Positions 1-14,232 of a stretch of 64,000 nucleotides of DNA are shown here, one piece after another; positions within the stretch are counted from its first letter, which is position 1, and each line of letters starts with the position of its first letter. The position numbers and the translations under genes were made by a program. Under the pieces are notes generated by a model. That model was given only the letters and a program-made list of their open reading frames with translations, had not been told where the DNA came from and ran no database searches. The DNA comes from Eledone cirrhosa (taxonomy: Eukaryota): assembly GCA_964016885.1 (NCBI GenBank), contig OZ024753.1, positions 14,880,001-14,944,000 of the forward strand, in the 5' to 3' direction.

Positions 1-761
1 AACTGAGAGGAAGTGTTGTTAATTCTTAGGAATGAGGTTTTTATTTTTGAACAAAATATCATAGCTGTGCTGGAATTGAAGGAAGGGATATGAAGGAAAT
101 ATATAATGCTATTGTTTTTTGAGGAAAAAAAGTATGATATAACTAGCTAAGAAATTGAAGAGGTGGTGACATACAGACAAGACATTACCAATTTTTAAGA
201 AGGATCTACATTAGAGAAATAAGAGTCTCCAAATTGAACAGAACTAGATTGCAGATGACATGTAGTAAGCTGAACTCTGTATAGGAATGTTTTTATTTCT
301 GAAAAAAGCATGAAAGCAGAGTATGTAGAGGGGTGGAAAAAGAAAGGTTTGAACCTACATTGAAGGGTGTTATGGGGAACGTGTTGCAGAGAAACTTACC
401 TGAATACTCTAATGTTTCAAGACAGCAGTGATGAAGGCAAGAGATAAAGAAATAGAGAAGGACAGAAGAAAGATTGAGAGAGTGGACAGAACAGAATAGA
501 TATGTATGAAGTTCAAGGGAGCAGTTTGTTCTGAGAGAGAGATTGGTTCAAACAAAAAATTAACAAAAAAACACACATTTGTTTAGATTTAACATAAAAA
601 CATTGTTACATTTAATTAAAACATAAACAAAATAATAACATATACATGCATATTGAATATATAACAAAAAAAACAATAATACACAAACATACAAACACCG
701 TTAAACTAATATATTTCTTCAATGTAGTGTGTTGTTTGCTTTGCTATTTCTGTTTATGTTT

Positions 762-794
<33 letters not shown>

Positions 795-795
<1 letters not shown>

Positions 796-985
796 CATCA
801 TCATCATTTTACGTCCGCTTTTCCCTGCTTGCAAGGGTCGGACGGGTCTTATTCAGCACAGCATCTCTCCACTCGTCACGGTCCCTCGTCATCTCCACCG
901 TGAGCTTCAATGATCTGAGGTCTGTTCTCACCACCTCCGCCCATGTTTTTCGTGGTCTACCTCTACCACGTCTTCCTTCAACTGA
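795..985 (-). mobile_element. RTE-clade LINE 3' end (young, 5'-truncated)
   Basis: Minus strand encodes VEGRRGRGRPRKTWAEVVRTDLRSLKLTVEMTRDRDEWRDAVLNKTRPTLASREKRT*, followed by a (GAT)n tail; typical RTE C-terminus. Confidence 0.85.
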
Positions 986-1270
986 TATATATATATATAT
1001 ATATATATATCAGTTCAGATCTAGCTGTTGAAATGGCTGGAGCTTAGCCATCGGGGTCCTGACTCTTTTCCTATATATATATATATATAGAAGGAACAAG
1101 AGGCTGGCTGTGTGGTTGATAAAGTGTATTTAGAAATAAAAGGAAAGCACAAACAAGGGACAGTCCCCTCTTCAGTTGTCTGCTGGGGATCTCGGACATG
1201 TCAACACACCGAGACCCTCAGCAGACAACTGTAGAGGGAACTTGTCCCTTGTTTGTGCTTTCATTTTATT

Positions 1271-1311
<41 letters not shown>

Positions 1312-1657
1312 TCATCATCACCGTTTTACGTCCGTTCTTCCACGCTAGCATGGGTTAGACGGGTTGTCCTGTTGTGGGCAGTGTCTGGTCGGCTGACCAT
1401 GCCTTGCTCATACAGGAACTGATTTGGCTTGATTTCTACAGCTGGATGCCCTTCCTAACACCAACCTCATTTACAGTGAGTGCTGGGTGCTTTTTCGTGG
1501 TGCCTACACGTCCACTTTACAGTGTGGGCTGGGTGCTTTTTTGCCGTAGCACCTCCACGATCACCTTGCGTTGGGGGTGTGTGGGGGCATATTGTCTATA
1601 TGCTTCAGCTTGTACCCATGGGAGGTCGGGTACTCTGTATTACGGGAGATCGGGTAC

Positions 1658-1700
<43 letters not shown>

Positions 1701-1730
1701 CATAAATAAAGTTTCATACATTTAACATGT

Positions 1731-1818
1731 ATATGTGACCTTAGGTTTCAGGGTCGAGTTATGGCCAGCACTGTCTAGTAGCGGAAGCTCTTCAAAACTG
1801 ACCTCTCGTCAGGCGCTC
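1731..1818 (-). ncRNA. Hammerhead ribozyme motif with extended stem II; stem I decayed
   Basis: Minus strand: CUGACGA GAGGUCAGUU...AACUCGACCCU GAAA CCUAAGG UC. Stem I is poorly paired; adjacent to (TA)n. Confidence 0.55.
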
Positions 1819-2436
1819 GGACACATTTTCGTGTAAGACAGATTGACATGAAGTCAGGTTTGCAGCATACATGAAATTTATTGCATATGACAATTGTTTC
1901 GATATCGATCAGCTCAGGGTTTCATCATCATCACCATCATCTTCGTTTAATGTCCATCTTCCACGCTAGCACGGGTTAGACAATAATATTTGGGGCCCGA
2001 CTTTACAATGACATCTCATCTGATAAGTGTTGATATGTACAGAACACATTATGTATATATAATTGTTTCTACGTTAGGCACAAGGCCAGCAATTGCCCAG
2101 TACATCACTGGTACTTTATTTTATCGACCCCGTAAGGATGAAAGGCAAAGTTAACCTCGGCGGGATTTGAACTCAGATCGTAAAGGGATGTAACTCTTTG
2201 CATCAAAGCATGGCGTCCGACCCTCTACCGATACTGCCAAATATAATATAATTGTTTCTACTTTAGGCACAAGGCCAGCAATTACCCAGTGCATTACTGG
2301 TACTTTATTTTATCGACCCCGTAAGGAAGAAAGGCAAAGTCAACCTCGGCGGCATTTGAACTCAGATCGTAAAGGGACGTAACTATGCTGGAAAGCATGA
2401 CGTCTGACCCTCTACCGATACTGCCAACTGCCAAAT

Positions 2437-3452
2437 ATAATATAATATAGTATAATATGATATAATATAGTATAATATAATATAGTATAATATAATATAG
2501 TATAATATAATATAGTATAATATGATATAATATAGTATAATATAATATAGTATAATATAATATAGCATAGTATAATATAGTATAATATAATATAGTATAA
2601 TATAATATAGTATAATATAATATAGTATAGTATAATATAATATAATTGTTTCTTCTTTTGGCACAAGGCCAGCAATTACCCAGTTCATTACTGGTACTTT
2701 ATTTTATCAACCCCGTAAGAATGAAAGTCAAAGTTAACCTCAACGCGATTTGAACTCAGAATGGCAAGGGCCGTAACTCTATGCGTCAAAGCATGGCATC
2801 CGACCCTCTACCGATAGTGCCAATTCACCGCCTATAGTAATATAGTATAATATAATATTGTATAATATAATATAATATAGTATAATATAATATAATATAG
2901 TATAATATAATATAGTATAATATAATATAATATAGTATAATATAATATAGTATAATATAATATAATATAGTATAATATAATATAATATAGTATAATATAA
3001 TATAGTATAATATAATATAATATAATATAGTATAATATAATATAGTATATATAATATAGTATAATATAATATAGTATAATATAATATAATATAGTATAAT
3101 ATAATATAGTATAATATAATATAGTATAATATAATTGTTTCTACTTTAGGCACAAGGCCAGCAATTACCCAGTACATTACTGGTACTTTATTTTATCGAC
3201 CCCGTAAGGATGAAAGGCAAAGTTAACCTCGGCGGGATTTGAACTCAGATCATAAAGGGAGGTAACTCTATGCTTCAAAGCATGGTGTCCGACTCTCTAT
3301 ATAGTATAATATAATATAATATAGTATAATAAAATATAGTATAATATAATATAATATAGTATAATATAATATAATATAGTATAATATAATATAGTATAAT
3401 ATAATATAGTATAATATAATATAATATAGTATAATATAATATAGTATAATAT
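2437..3452. repeat. (TATAA/TATAG)n pentanucleotide arrays separating tandem SINE-A copies
   Basis: Arrays at 2437-2645, 2835-3135 and 3297-3452; these generate the ILYY ORF artefacts. Confidence 0.9.
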
Positions 3453-4252
3453 AAACTGACTTTGAGTAAAGTACACATAATCTGCATTGACAAATTGTAA
3501 AAGCAAATGTGTACTTCTTCACAACAAAATAATCCAACACACATTGCAAACACAAACATATATATACACATGTATACACACACACACATACACATACTGA
3601 TGCTATCTCATATATACACACACACACACACTGATACCATCTCATACACACACACACACACTGATACCATCTCATACACACACACACACACCCATACACT
3701 GATATACACATACACACTGATACCATCTCATACACATACACACTGATACCATCTCATACACACACACACTGATACCATCTCATACACAAACACAGGCACA
3801 CACATACACACTCAGACACACCTAACACCCCTCATACACAAACATGCACACACACACACAGATACCCCCCCCCCCTTATACACAAATAGGCACACGCATA
3901 CACACACACACAGGCACACACATACACAGGCACACACATACACAGGTCACCCCCTCCCCATACACTAAAACACACATACGCACACATTCACACAGATAAC
4001 ACCCCTCATACACATCTTCACACACATTAAGCACCTTAACATGTCTAAGAAACATTCCAAACTCAATGTTAAATGTAATTTACGGAGTTTATTCAATGCT
4101 TTCTTACAGAATGCAATTTGCTTTGGTCGTTAAAACAAATTAGGGAAATGCGAAAATTAATTAGTTTTTATGCATGTGTGTGTATATGTGCTTATATATA
4201 AATATATATATATATATATGAAAATTGCAAACTTGACTGTCACCACAGAATA

Positions 4253-4291
4253 TGAACCTGAAGATTGCGAAAGCATGAAAGTACTTGTTCA
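4253..4291 (+). ncRNA. Minimal type I hammerhead ribozyme motif (Penelope-like element type)
   Basis: UGAAC-CUGAAGA-UUGC GAAA GCAU-GAAA-GUAC-UU|GUUCA. Perfect 5-bp stem I, GNRA-capped stem II, palindromic stem III GUAC. Lies in a ~200-bp element (4220-4415) between (TA)n tracts. Confidence 0.8.
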
Positions 4292-5147
4292 ATTAACACT
4301 TAACATTTAATATTCTACCATACTATTTCATTCTAATACCATTATACATTTTAAAGGATTTTAAATAAAACGAGTAAATCAGACAAAGTTGGAATTCCTT
4401 TAATTAATATTAATATATCTATATATATATCTATATATATCTACATATATATATATCATCATTATTCATCATCATTTCATTTTATGTCCGCTTTTTCCCT
4501 GCTTGCAAGGGTGGGACGGGAACTGATTCTGGCTTGATTTCTACAGCTGGATGCCCTTCCTAACACCAACCTCATTTACAGTGAGTGCTGGGTGCTTTTT
4601 TGCCGTGGCACCTCCACGACCACTTTGCAGAAATGAGATGATAGGGACTGGATTTGAAAAATATATATATAATCTTTAATTGTGACAAAGCCACTGAAGC
4701 AACAATACAAAGACCAAATAAAACACACCACTCCACAAAAAAACATATATTAATGGTATAATAGTGAGGTGGTATTTATTGTAGAGAGGGGGACAATCTA
4801 TAAGGACATATATGAAATTAAAATTGGGTTAAACTGAATAAATAATTAAATTAAGTCACTGTATTGTGGGTGTTGCTCCTGCTGTGATTCCAACAATAGT
4901 TGTTCCAGTTATTTGATCAATGAAACAGCCTGCTCATGAAGTTAATGTTCAAGGGACTGAGTATTTCACAGACATGTGTATCCTTAAAGTAGTTCTTGGG
5001 GAGGGAGGGGATCACAACAACACAGTTTTTTGACAATGGTGACCCTTTGAATGACAGGTACAACTTAGTTTCTCTAGCTGAATAGACTAGAAAAATGTGA
5101 AATAAAGAGTCTTGCTCAAGAACACAATGTGCTACCAGGTCTTAAAC

Positions 5148-5439
5148 CAGTCATGGGCAACCTGCGGCCCGCGAAGCTTTCTCAATAGCTCGCCTAAGTC
5201 ACCTAAGGGAAATCTTTCTGATTTTTTCACCCCAATTTTTCAATCGTAATTTATCTTTCTATCGTTTTTACGATCGAGGAAAACAACATGTACGAATTCT
5301 GAAGAAACAAATCAAAACAACCTGAGTTACAGCCCTTTTTTTTTAATGTAGGCATGAAGGTAAATTAGCGCTTGCAGCCCACCTGATGATGAGCCATATC
5401 TAATGTGGCCCGCTTCTCAAAAAAGGTTGCTCAAGCCTG
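5148..5439. mobile_element. hAT (Charlie-like) MITE
   Basis: TIRs CAGTCATGGGCAACCT / AGGTTGCTCAAGCCTG and a perfect 8-bp TSD TCTTAAAC (5140-5147, 5440-5447); nested in an older SINE. Confidence 0.85.
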
Positions 5440-6227
5440 TCTTAAACTTTTCAAACCTTACAATCCTGAACCAAACACTAACTATTGAGCCACATAATTT
5501 AAACTGTTGCATGCATTATTATTGTTTATTAAAAAAAATATGTCATTGGTTCTGGTCTGTATCAGGGGATGACATATTGTCAACACCTGTAATTTGATTG
5601 GTTGGTTTAGATATGTGATATTTTTATCAGCCAATCATATCTTTGTATTCTGGCAAACAAAGGATATTTTATCTTTAAATGTGTTTTTTGGGGTTTGGTT
5701 TTGTTTCATTTTAACTACCAACCCATCTCCCTATATAAATTAAGTAATATAATACATTTGAGAATTATGTGATGAAATGAAGAAAGTCCTTGATGGTTAT
5801 TAACGTAAATTATTGGCAAGATTTTGACACAAATGATATAGTTGTGCTAATAATAATAATAATGCTTTCATTTTTAAACAAAAGGGTTGACATAAAGTAT
5901 AACATCAAGGACCGCGCAGGACAATACAGGATGGTACAAATGGGCATTTCTGCATGTTAAAAAAAAAAAAAAAATAATAATAATAATGATTTTTTTTATT
6001 CACCACAAAAAAGAATCATGATGGCACAGGATGAAATCAGAGTGTGTGTGTATGTGTGCTGGTGTGTGTGGTGTGTGTGTATGTGTGGTGTGTGCGCTGG
6101 TGTGTGGGTTTTGTGTATAAACAGATTTAGCAATTGCAAAAAGACAGATTAACAATAAAAACTTAAACAATGAGACTTCTTCAATAGGGAGACAGTTAAG
6201 AGCTGCTTGTAGAAAAAAAAACTACTG

Positions 6228-6655
6228 GTGCCCTGATAGTTAGTGCAAGTGCCCTGGTCTCTAGAGCAAGTTCCCTGATTTCTAGGGCAAGTGCCCCATA
6301 TCTAGGACAAGTTCCCTGATCTCTAAGGCAAGTCTCCCTGATAGCTAGGGCAAATGCCCTGATTTCTAGGCCAAGTTCCCTGATATCTAGGACAAGTACC
6401 CTGATCTCTAGGGCAAGTGCCCTGATATCTAGGGCAAGTTCCCTGATTTCTAGGCCAAGTTCCCTGATCTTTAGGACAAGTGCTCTGATATCTAGGACGA
6501 GTACCCTGATATCTAGGACAAGTACACTGATATCTAGGACAAGTACCCTGATCTCTAGGGCAAGTATCCTGATATCTAGGCCAAGTTCACTGATCTCTAG
6601 GGCAAGTGCCCTGATATCTAGGACAAGTACCCTGATATCTAGGGCAAGTGCCCTG
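6228..6655. repeat. 21-bp minisatellite, about 20 copies
   Basis: Unit ccctgatatctagggcaagtg; explains ORF 6196-6705. Confidence 0.9.
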
Positions 6656-7312
6656 TCATAGTTGTCCTCCAATATACAGGCATACGCTAATAATACTAAT
6701 TTCATTATTTAGGACAAAATATTTACAAAAGATAAACAAAAAGACTAAGGATGACAGGAAACTATACAGTATGGGTTTATAGAAATGTGTAAAAATGAAG
6801 AACAAAACAAAAACAAAAGTAAAAACAATAGAATTCAACATTCCTCCAATAAGGGGAAACAACTGAGAATTACTTATAAAAAAGGCCACAAAAAGAGACA
6901 GAAACCTTAAACACTAAAGCAATGAATTCTCACAAATGTCACCCTCCAACATACAGGTGAAAACTCGGAAGAGACCCATTCACTCAAACCATGTTCATCA
7001 CTTATATTCACCTTTCAATAAATTTTCTAAAAGGTAGCCCATTCTTTCCCATTCTCAATTTCCTTTTCAAATGAAACTTGACAACGGTGATGAAGGCCAA
7101 AGAGGAGTGTCTCAGTCTTCAGCTCTTTTAATCTTTTGCATCACACAACTTGCCCATGGCCCCCACACCGATATAAACAGCCTGTTCTTCTCAGACAAAG
7201 AATGACAGTGACATGATCCTCTCAGTGGCTCAGCTGATAGTCAGATCCATCCTACATGTGATAGTAGCTGTTTGTCATAACTTCAGCATTGCTTGTGGGA
7301 ATTACATATAGA

Positions 7313-7608
7313 CAGTGCTGGATTTAATGGGGGGCAAAGGGTGAAATTGCTCTGGGCTCCCCTGTAGCAATTTATTTGTGCCCTCTGCTGGGCTTTTTAG
7401 GATGATTAGATTTTTTTTATTTAATTGCTGGGCTTTTAGGATGATTAGATTTTTTAAATTTAATAGCTGTTTTCAATTCCAATTACTTGCACCAAGCTGA
7501 CTTTGATATGTAAAACTGGGGGGTTTGCTGTGTATTCTATTTTTTTATATATGAGGGGCTCCCAAACCTGAAGTGTCCTGGACCCCCTATGGTATAAATC
7601 CAACTCTA
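7313..7608. mobile_element. hAT-like MITE
   Basis: TIRs cagtgctggattta / taaatccaactcta and an 8-bp TSD catataga/catataaa. Confidence 0.6.
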
Positions 7609-7924
7609 CATATAAACATGTAAACAATATAAAGACAGATAACAAATAGAAAAAGTTGATAACAATTGAATTCCCCAATAAGGGTAGCACAATCCATGGA
7701 TAAGGGTTAATTAAGGAACTCCACAGATTCTAGGTCACTCCAATCACCAAGGGTATCACAGGAAAGCAAAAGCAGGAAAGCCCACGAGACAAATTCCGAG
7801 CAAAACCCCACACACACTTCTGTATTACTCAGATTGACCAAAGGTTTTGACAGTAATGACAATAATAGCAGTATCAAAAGCCTCCACAAAACACAAAAAC
7901 ATACAGAGGTTATATGGTGGAACT

Positions 7925-8947
7925 TCCACTCTCAAGTTCTATAGAGGATTAGTGGTGGGCAAGTGCAATGACGCACTCAGAGAAGCTTTGGGCCTCGACG
8001 AAGTCAAACTGACTAGTCTGTTGCAGAGGACTTTCGAGCCAGGGACGATGGACAATTTCCAGGGGCACTGCCGGTTATGGATAAACTGTACAGCCACGGA
8101 AGTGCTGTCAGACGGACCTGCCCGAGATGCACACAGAGCGATGAAACCGTCCTGCATGCACTTGTCCAATGTCTGTGCATTACTGACTTGTGGAATTATG
8201 TCGAACAGCTATTGTCACTTGTAGAACGAATCCGGCTATCGGCCGAGTCCATAGTGAAGATCAACTTGCTGCCTTCCTTTGGTCAGGAAGAGCAGGCAAT
8301 TTTCCTTTGTCTGGTGGCCGTTGCGAAAGAGGTTATATGGTGGACCAGGTTAAAAGGACTGAAGACAGACACTTTTCTCTTTGGCCAATCCCTCATCAAC
8401 TTGAAGAAGTTTCACCTGGAAAGGAAGGTGGGGGTGGAGAGGGAAGTGCTGCCCCCCAGTACATTTGCTAAAAGGTGGATGAATGCGGCAAGAATGGCCC
8501 GTGTGAATGGGCCTACTCTGACCTACTAGCCTATAGGCGAGCTAACTTGAGGAGAGGGGTGCTCTCCCTGGGTGCCCTAAAAGTGCAGGGTGGTTCAGAA
8601 TTGGTGGGGTACCTGAGTCACCCCTGCGTCGTCCACCCCCTATAGGGGAATTTATTTTGTTATATTTTATGTGTAAAATACCTACAGTCCTCGTCTATTG
8701 TATTGTCCCCTTGCCATTGTGCACTTTTTCAGAATTGGTGGGGTACCTGAGTCACCCCTGCGTCGTCCACCCCCTATAGGGGAATTTATTTTGTTATATT
8801 TTATATTTTCATATCATCATTGTTAAATTAGTCCTGACATTGTGCACTTTTACTCGACCTTATTGTAAACCCCCACTGTCCCTGTCTTTGTATTGTCCCC
8901 TACATGTCAGCCCTTGTGGCCAATAAATTAAATCATTATTATTATTA
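7925..8947 (+). mobile_element. Tx1/L1-like LINE 3' fragment with CCHC zinc knuckle and 3' UTR
   Basis: ORF 8077-8529 has TCPRCTQSDETVLHALVQC (CX2C...H..C). The UTR has an internal ~70-bp duplication and ends in aataaa+(att)n. Homologous copies at 11138-11506(+) and, decayed, at about 6650-7300(-). Confidence 0.75.
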
Positions 8948-9661
8948 AAGTTGGAGGTGGTGATGGGTGTGGTGCCAAACTGTTAATATGGTCCATGCTA
9001 TTAAGAAATCTATTCATTTAAGCATATCTTTATGACATTGAACATTTTCTCAAATTTTCAAAAAAGTTGACATTCAAAGAAAATTTATGAGTCTAAGTTT
9101 TATTATTATTATTATTATTATTTTTAATTATTTAAAAAAAAATTACAAAAATCTCCACAGAAATGTTTGTTGTAGGGATTCTATAGAATAGCAGAATGTT
9201 TACTCCACGTGTTTGTGTGTGTGTTTTTGTCAGTTATCTTACAACTGATATTGTTGTTTAATTAAATTTTATGCAAACTCCATGTCATTCAATGAAGCAA
9301 TTTGTGTGAAGCCAAACAAGAAATTTGAAACATAATTTATCGCTTTTAGTAAGTTACATGGCCCTAAAAAGATACACAAATACAAAACAAAACCATAAAC
9401 AGAAACACATAAACACACAAGCACATACTCACACAAACATGCAATATGTAAATATTGATAGCAATAAAGTATGAATACATCATCATTTTCTTGAATGAAA
9501 ATTAACCCATTGACAGTTTCAATCTGGTTATGTCTCATCAGTCTTGTATCTGCATTGAAGGCTAAGTCATAATATAACTACAGTTAGACTGTAAATACTA
9601 GGATTAAGATTAACAACATTCTTAGCCTGGTTTTACATTACAATCAGTCTGATAGTATTTA

Positions 9662-10850
9662 TCTATACATATATATATATAAAACTGTAGTTGTCTGTGT
9701 GTGTGTGTGTGTGCATGTGTCCTCATTTTTGCAAAGTCTATTCAAATCCACATTTCTACTCCGATTGACTTCAAACTTGCATTTATATATTCCTTGCGGT
9801 CTAAAAACATTAACTGCAGCTTTTATTTTTCAAATTTCTCTTGTTAAAGGGGTGTTAGGCGCCAGGTATCGATCTCTGTTGCGCCCTTATAATATCTGTC
9901 TGTATGCCTGGCTGTCTGCATTTCGACATTATGACGAACATTGATGACGTATTATCTTCGCTATTTTCTGTTCATTGCCAGGGAACGTCTTCACGAACCA
10001 AAGTATCATCTTCCTGTTTTCCTTTGGTTGCAACGTTTTTCGAAATATTTACTTCTCCGCTCACAGATTGATTTTTTTTAGTTTCAGAAGATCCCATTAA
10101 GGGTGAAAGCAGCGATTCTTTGCTTAAACTTTAATCTGTTATTTTAATATATAATATAAGCGAGGCAAGCCAGCCCAGTTGCCACTTCTTGCCAATAAAC
10201 ATTAACCCTTTGTGCGCTATTCATCTAACTGTAGAACAACAAATACCAAGTACGGAGCATTGACAAGAACACTGGCGAATGAATCTTCGAGGTAAACAGT
10301 TTCCTCCCGATCTGTTACTTCACGTGGGATTCTCTGCTACACCATTTCGTAATAATACCGAACAACGTACTGCTGGTCACTTCTTCCTCCAAATGCCGTA
10401 CAAAGCGGACATGTGCATTGGGCGGATGGATCGGGGGGCAAATCTACACCAGGCCTATGTGAGAAATTCACAAGGGACTGTACCAAGAGGGATAGAGAGA
10501 AAGAGTAACTTAATGCAAAGAGTGCAAATGAACTTTTAAGGTAAGTAGCCTACGCCTTACTGCTATGACACTGGAACCTTCTGCCAACTTAACCTGTGAC
10601 TTTCTCTTTCACATTTACTCCAATAGGCCAAAACAGAGGAGTATGAAAAGAAGGGGTTCAACAATATTTCTATGAATAATGCACGTAGACAGCTAAACTG
10701 TACTTTCAACTTCTTAATTTTTTCAAAATAAACAAGTTTCCTGTCAGTATATTTTCATGAGTTTTTAACAGGCACTCACAAATAAACGTTTCTCATTGGA
10801 TGTGCTATTACCAAAGTTCTTACCCGTGCAACGCCGGGATACACTGCTAA
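9662..10850 (+). mobile_element. Non-autonomous Helitron
   Basis: A|TCTATA...TATAAAACTG 5' end and 3' hairpin cccgtgcaacgccggg + CTAA|T; ends shared with the 47698 and 62189 elements. Confidence 0.75.
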
Positions 10851-11987
10851 TAGTAACATAAATTTCATGCAACATTGGACTGATTATTATTATTAATAAT
10901 GCTTTCTTTATTTGATTATTATTATTAATAATAGTAATAAATGTTTCTACTTTTGGCACAAGGCCAGCAATTATCCCAGTGCATTACTGGTACTTTATTT
11001 TATCGACCCCGTAAGGATGAAAGGTAAAGTTAACCTTGGCGGGATTTGAACTCAGAATGGCAAGGGGCGCAACTCTATGCGTCAAAGCATGGTGCCCGAC
11101 CCTCTACCGATACTGCCAATCCACCAAATAATAATTATGAAAAGGAAGGTGAGGGTGGAGAGAGAAGTACTGCCCCCCCCCTACCCAGTACATTTACTAA
11201 AAGGTGAGAGAATGTGGCGAGAATGGCCCGTGTGAGTGGGCCTACTCTGATCATGTGCTTGTAGGCTGATGAATTTGAGAAGGAGAGGGGTACCCTTCCT
11301 GGGTACCCTTGAAGCGTTGGCTGCTTCAGGATTGGTGGGGTACCTGAGAAAACCCTGGGTAGTTATTCCCCCCTATTGGGGAATTTTCATTGTTGTATTT
11401 TTCTTGTTTCTTGTTAGTGTTATTGTTTTCCTATTTTTTACTCGATTTTTGTGTAAAATCCCTACTGTCTTGTCCCCTATATGTCAGACCTTGTGGCCAA
11501 TAAATGAAACCAGGGCGGTAGATTGGCAGTATCAGTAGAGAGTCGGACGCCATGCTTTCCAGCATAGTTACGTCCCTTTACGGTCTGAGTTCAAATCCCG
11601 CCGAGGTTAACTTTGCCTTTCATCCTTACGGGGTCGATAAAATAAAGTACCAGTAATGTACTGGGTAATTGCTGGCCTTGTGCCAAAAGTAAAAACAATT
11701 ATTATTATTATTTCCTTTTGATAATGATAATGGTTTCTTTTCTTCATTAGACACACAGGGCTTACATTAAGAGGACAATAAGGAAGGTACCGTGTGGGCT
11801 TTTTGTGAGAGAGAAAGGTTTATAAAGAAGACTAACAAATAAACATTAAAAAATAACAACAAATTCTCAAAATTGGGGGATACATGAGGATAACTAGAGT
11901 ATCAAGTCTACATTCCATTTGGATAGTGAAGTCCCAGGGTACAAGCCGAAGCTGAAGCATATAGACAATATGCGCCCACGCCTCTCT

Positions 11988-12530
11988 CACTGTAAAGTGG
12001 TCATGTAGGTGTCAGGACAAAAAGTACCCAGTTCATACTGTAAAGTTGTCGTGTAGGTGTCAGAACAAAAAGTACCCACTCCACACTGTAAAGTGGTTGT
12101 GTAGGTGTCAGGACAAAAAGTACCCACTCCACACTGTAAAGTGGTTGTGTAGGTGTCAGGACAAAAAGTACCCACTCCACACTGTAAAGTGGTCATGTAG
12201 GTGTCATGACAAAAAGCACCCAGTCCATACTGTAAAGTTGTCGTGTAGGTGTCAGAACAAAAAGTACCCACTCCACACTGTAAAGTGGTCGTGTAGGTGC
12301 CAGGACAAAAAGTACCCAGTCCACACTGTAAAGTGGTCGTGTAGGTCTCATGACAAAAAGTACCCAGTCCACACTGTAAAGTGATCATGTAGGTGTCAGG
12401 ACAAAAAGTACCCAGTCCACACTGTAAAGAGGTCGTGTAGGTCTCATGACAAAAAGTACCCAGTCCACACTGTAAAGTGGTCATGTAGGTGTCAGGACAA
12501 AAAGTACCCAGTCCACACTGTAAAGTGGTA
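11988..12530 (+). repeat. 48-bp minisatellite (11 copies) inside a SINE-C element
   Basis: Unit cacactgtaaagtggtcgtgtaggtgtcaggacaaaaagtacccagtc; period 48. Confidence 0.92.
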
Positions 12531-13346
12531 ATTTATGAGCCACAGTAAAAAAGCACCCAGTACTCACTGTAAATGAGGTTGGTGTTAGGAAGGGTATCCA
12601 ACTGTAGAAACCAAGCCAAAATGAGTCCTGCATGAGCAAGACATAGTCACTTGACCTGGCATTGCCACAACAGGACAACCCATCTAACCCATGCTAGCGT
12701 GGAAACATTGACGTAAAACAGTGATGAGGATGATGGTATATGTACTAGCAGACATGGCTATATAACTAAAGAGTTCATTTTGCAGCCATATAGCTTCAGC
12801 TAACTAACCAAAACCCCACAGTTCATGGTCAATCCTCTACTTTCATTAATACATCCACTCTGCATTATACCATGTCTTAAGTACTTCTCTGGTTTCTGGT
12901 TTTCTCAGTTATCAAACACACTGTCTAGGACATGTTGGTACCACTTATCAGTCACCTGATATCTATATTTCCTACACATTTACCAGTATCTTACTTTGTT
13001 TTACTATGGGGTTTAGTTTATTGTTTCAAGTGTTATTTTAGAGTTTGTGTAATGCGAGTTGTGTTATTTTGTTAGGCGTTGACTATCTAATGTATAACAC
13101 TGTGTAATCAGTGTGTCAGTGCTGGGGTATGTGGAGTGGCCTGTATAGCATTAAAGAGTTACAGCTGTCTAGAATATTGGCTGTGTGAGTTACAGGGGAG
13201 GGGGCGGGGGGTGTTAATCCAGATTATATGTTGTTTACATTGTTTTATTAGGTGTTTATTGTGTAAGGAGTGGCATGTGTGTACAGAATGGCAGGATTGT
13301 TGAAGTACATCAGACAAAATTCCTTGTGACATTTTGTTGCAGCTTC

Positions 13347-14080
13347 TTTACCTTCTTAGTTCAAATTCCTCTGAGATTAATTTCTTTCATTATTGGCAGA
13401 GTCAGTAGAGCGTCAGACCACATGCTTTACAGCATAGAGTTACGGCACTTTACCTTCTTAGTTCAAATTCCTCTGGGATTAATTTCTTTCATTATTGGCA
13501 GAGTCAGTAGAGCGTCAGACCACATGCTTTACAGCATAGAGTTACGGCCCTTTGCATTCTGAGTTCAAATTCCTCTGAGATTAATTTCTTTCATTATTGG
13601 CAGAGTCAGTAGAGCGTCAGACCACATGCTTTACAGCATAGAGTTACGGCCCTTTGCATTCTGAGTTCAAATTCCTCTGAGATTAATTTCTTTCATTATT
13701 GGCAGAGTCAGTAGAGCGTCAGACCACATGCTTTACAGCATAGAGTTACGGCACTTTACCTTCTTAGTTCAAATTCCTCTGGGATTAATTTCTTTCATTA
13801 TTGGCAGAGTCAGTAGAGCGTCAGACCACATGCTTTACAGCATAGAGTTACGGCCCTTTGCATTCTGAGTTCAAATTCCTCTGAGATTAATTTCTTTCAT
13901 TATTGGCAGAGTCAGTAGAGCGTCAGACCACATGCTTTACAGCATAGAGTTACGGCCCTTTGCATTCTGAGTTCAAATTCCTCTGAGATTAATTTCTTTC
14001 ATTATTGGCAGAGTCAGTAGAGCGTCAGACCACATTCTTTACAGCATAGAGTTACGGCCCTTTGCATTCTGAGTTCAAAT
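13347..14080 (+). repeat. 102-bp tandem array of the SINE-A tRNA-like head (~7 copies)
   Basis: ttggcagagtcagtagagcg recurs at 13393, 13495 ... 14005; the last copy continues into a complete SINE. Confidence 0.92.
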
Positions 14081-14232
14081 CCCGCTGAGGTTAGTTTTGT
14101 CTTTCATCCTTACGGGGTCAATAAAATAAAGCACCAGTAATGCACTGGGGTTGATTTAATCGAGTTTCTCCTTCCCCCAAAACTGCTGGCATTGTGCCTA
14201 TATAAGAAACCATTATTAACCCTTTAGTATTC

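Noticed and set aside
1-540. Possible old LINE relic (also about 20330-20540, 54620-54850, 59430-59520)
   Set aside because: Only faint motif resemblance; too decayed to assign without a profile search.
6196-6705. 169-aa heptad 'leucine zipper'-like ORF
   Set aside because: Product of a 21-bp minisatellite beside a decayed LINE end; no splice or domain support.
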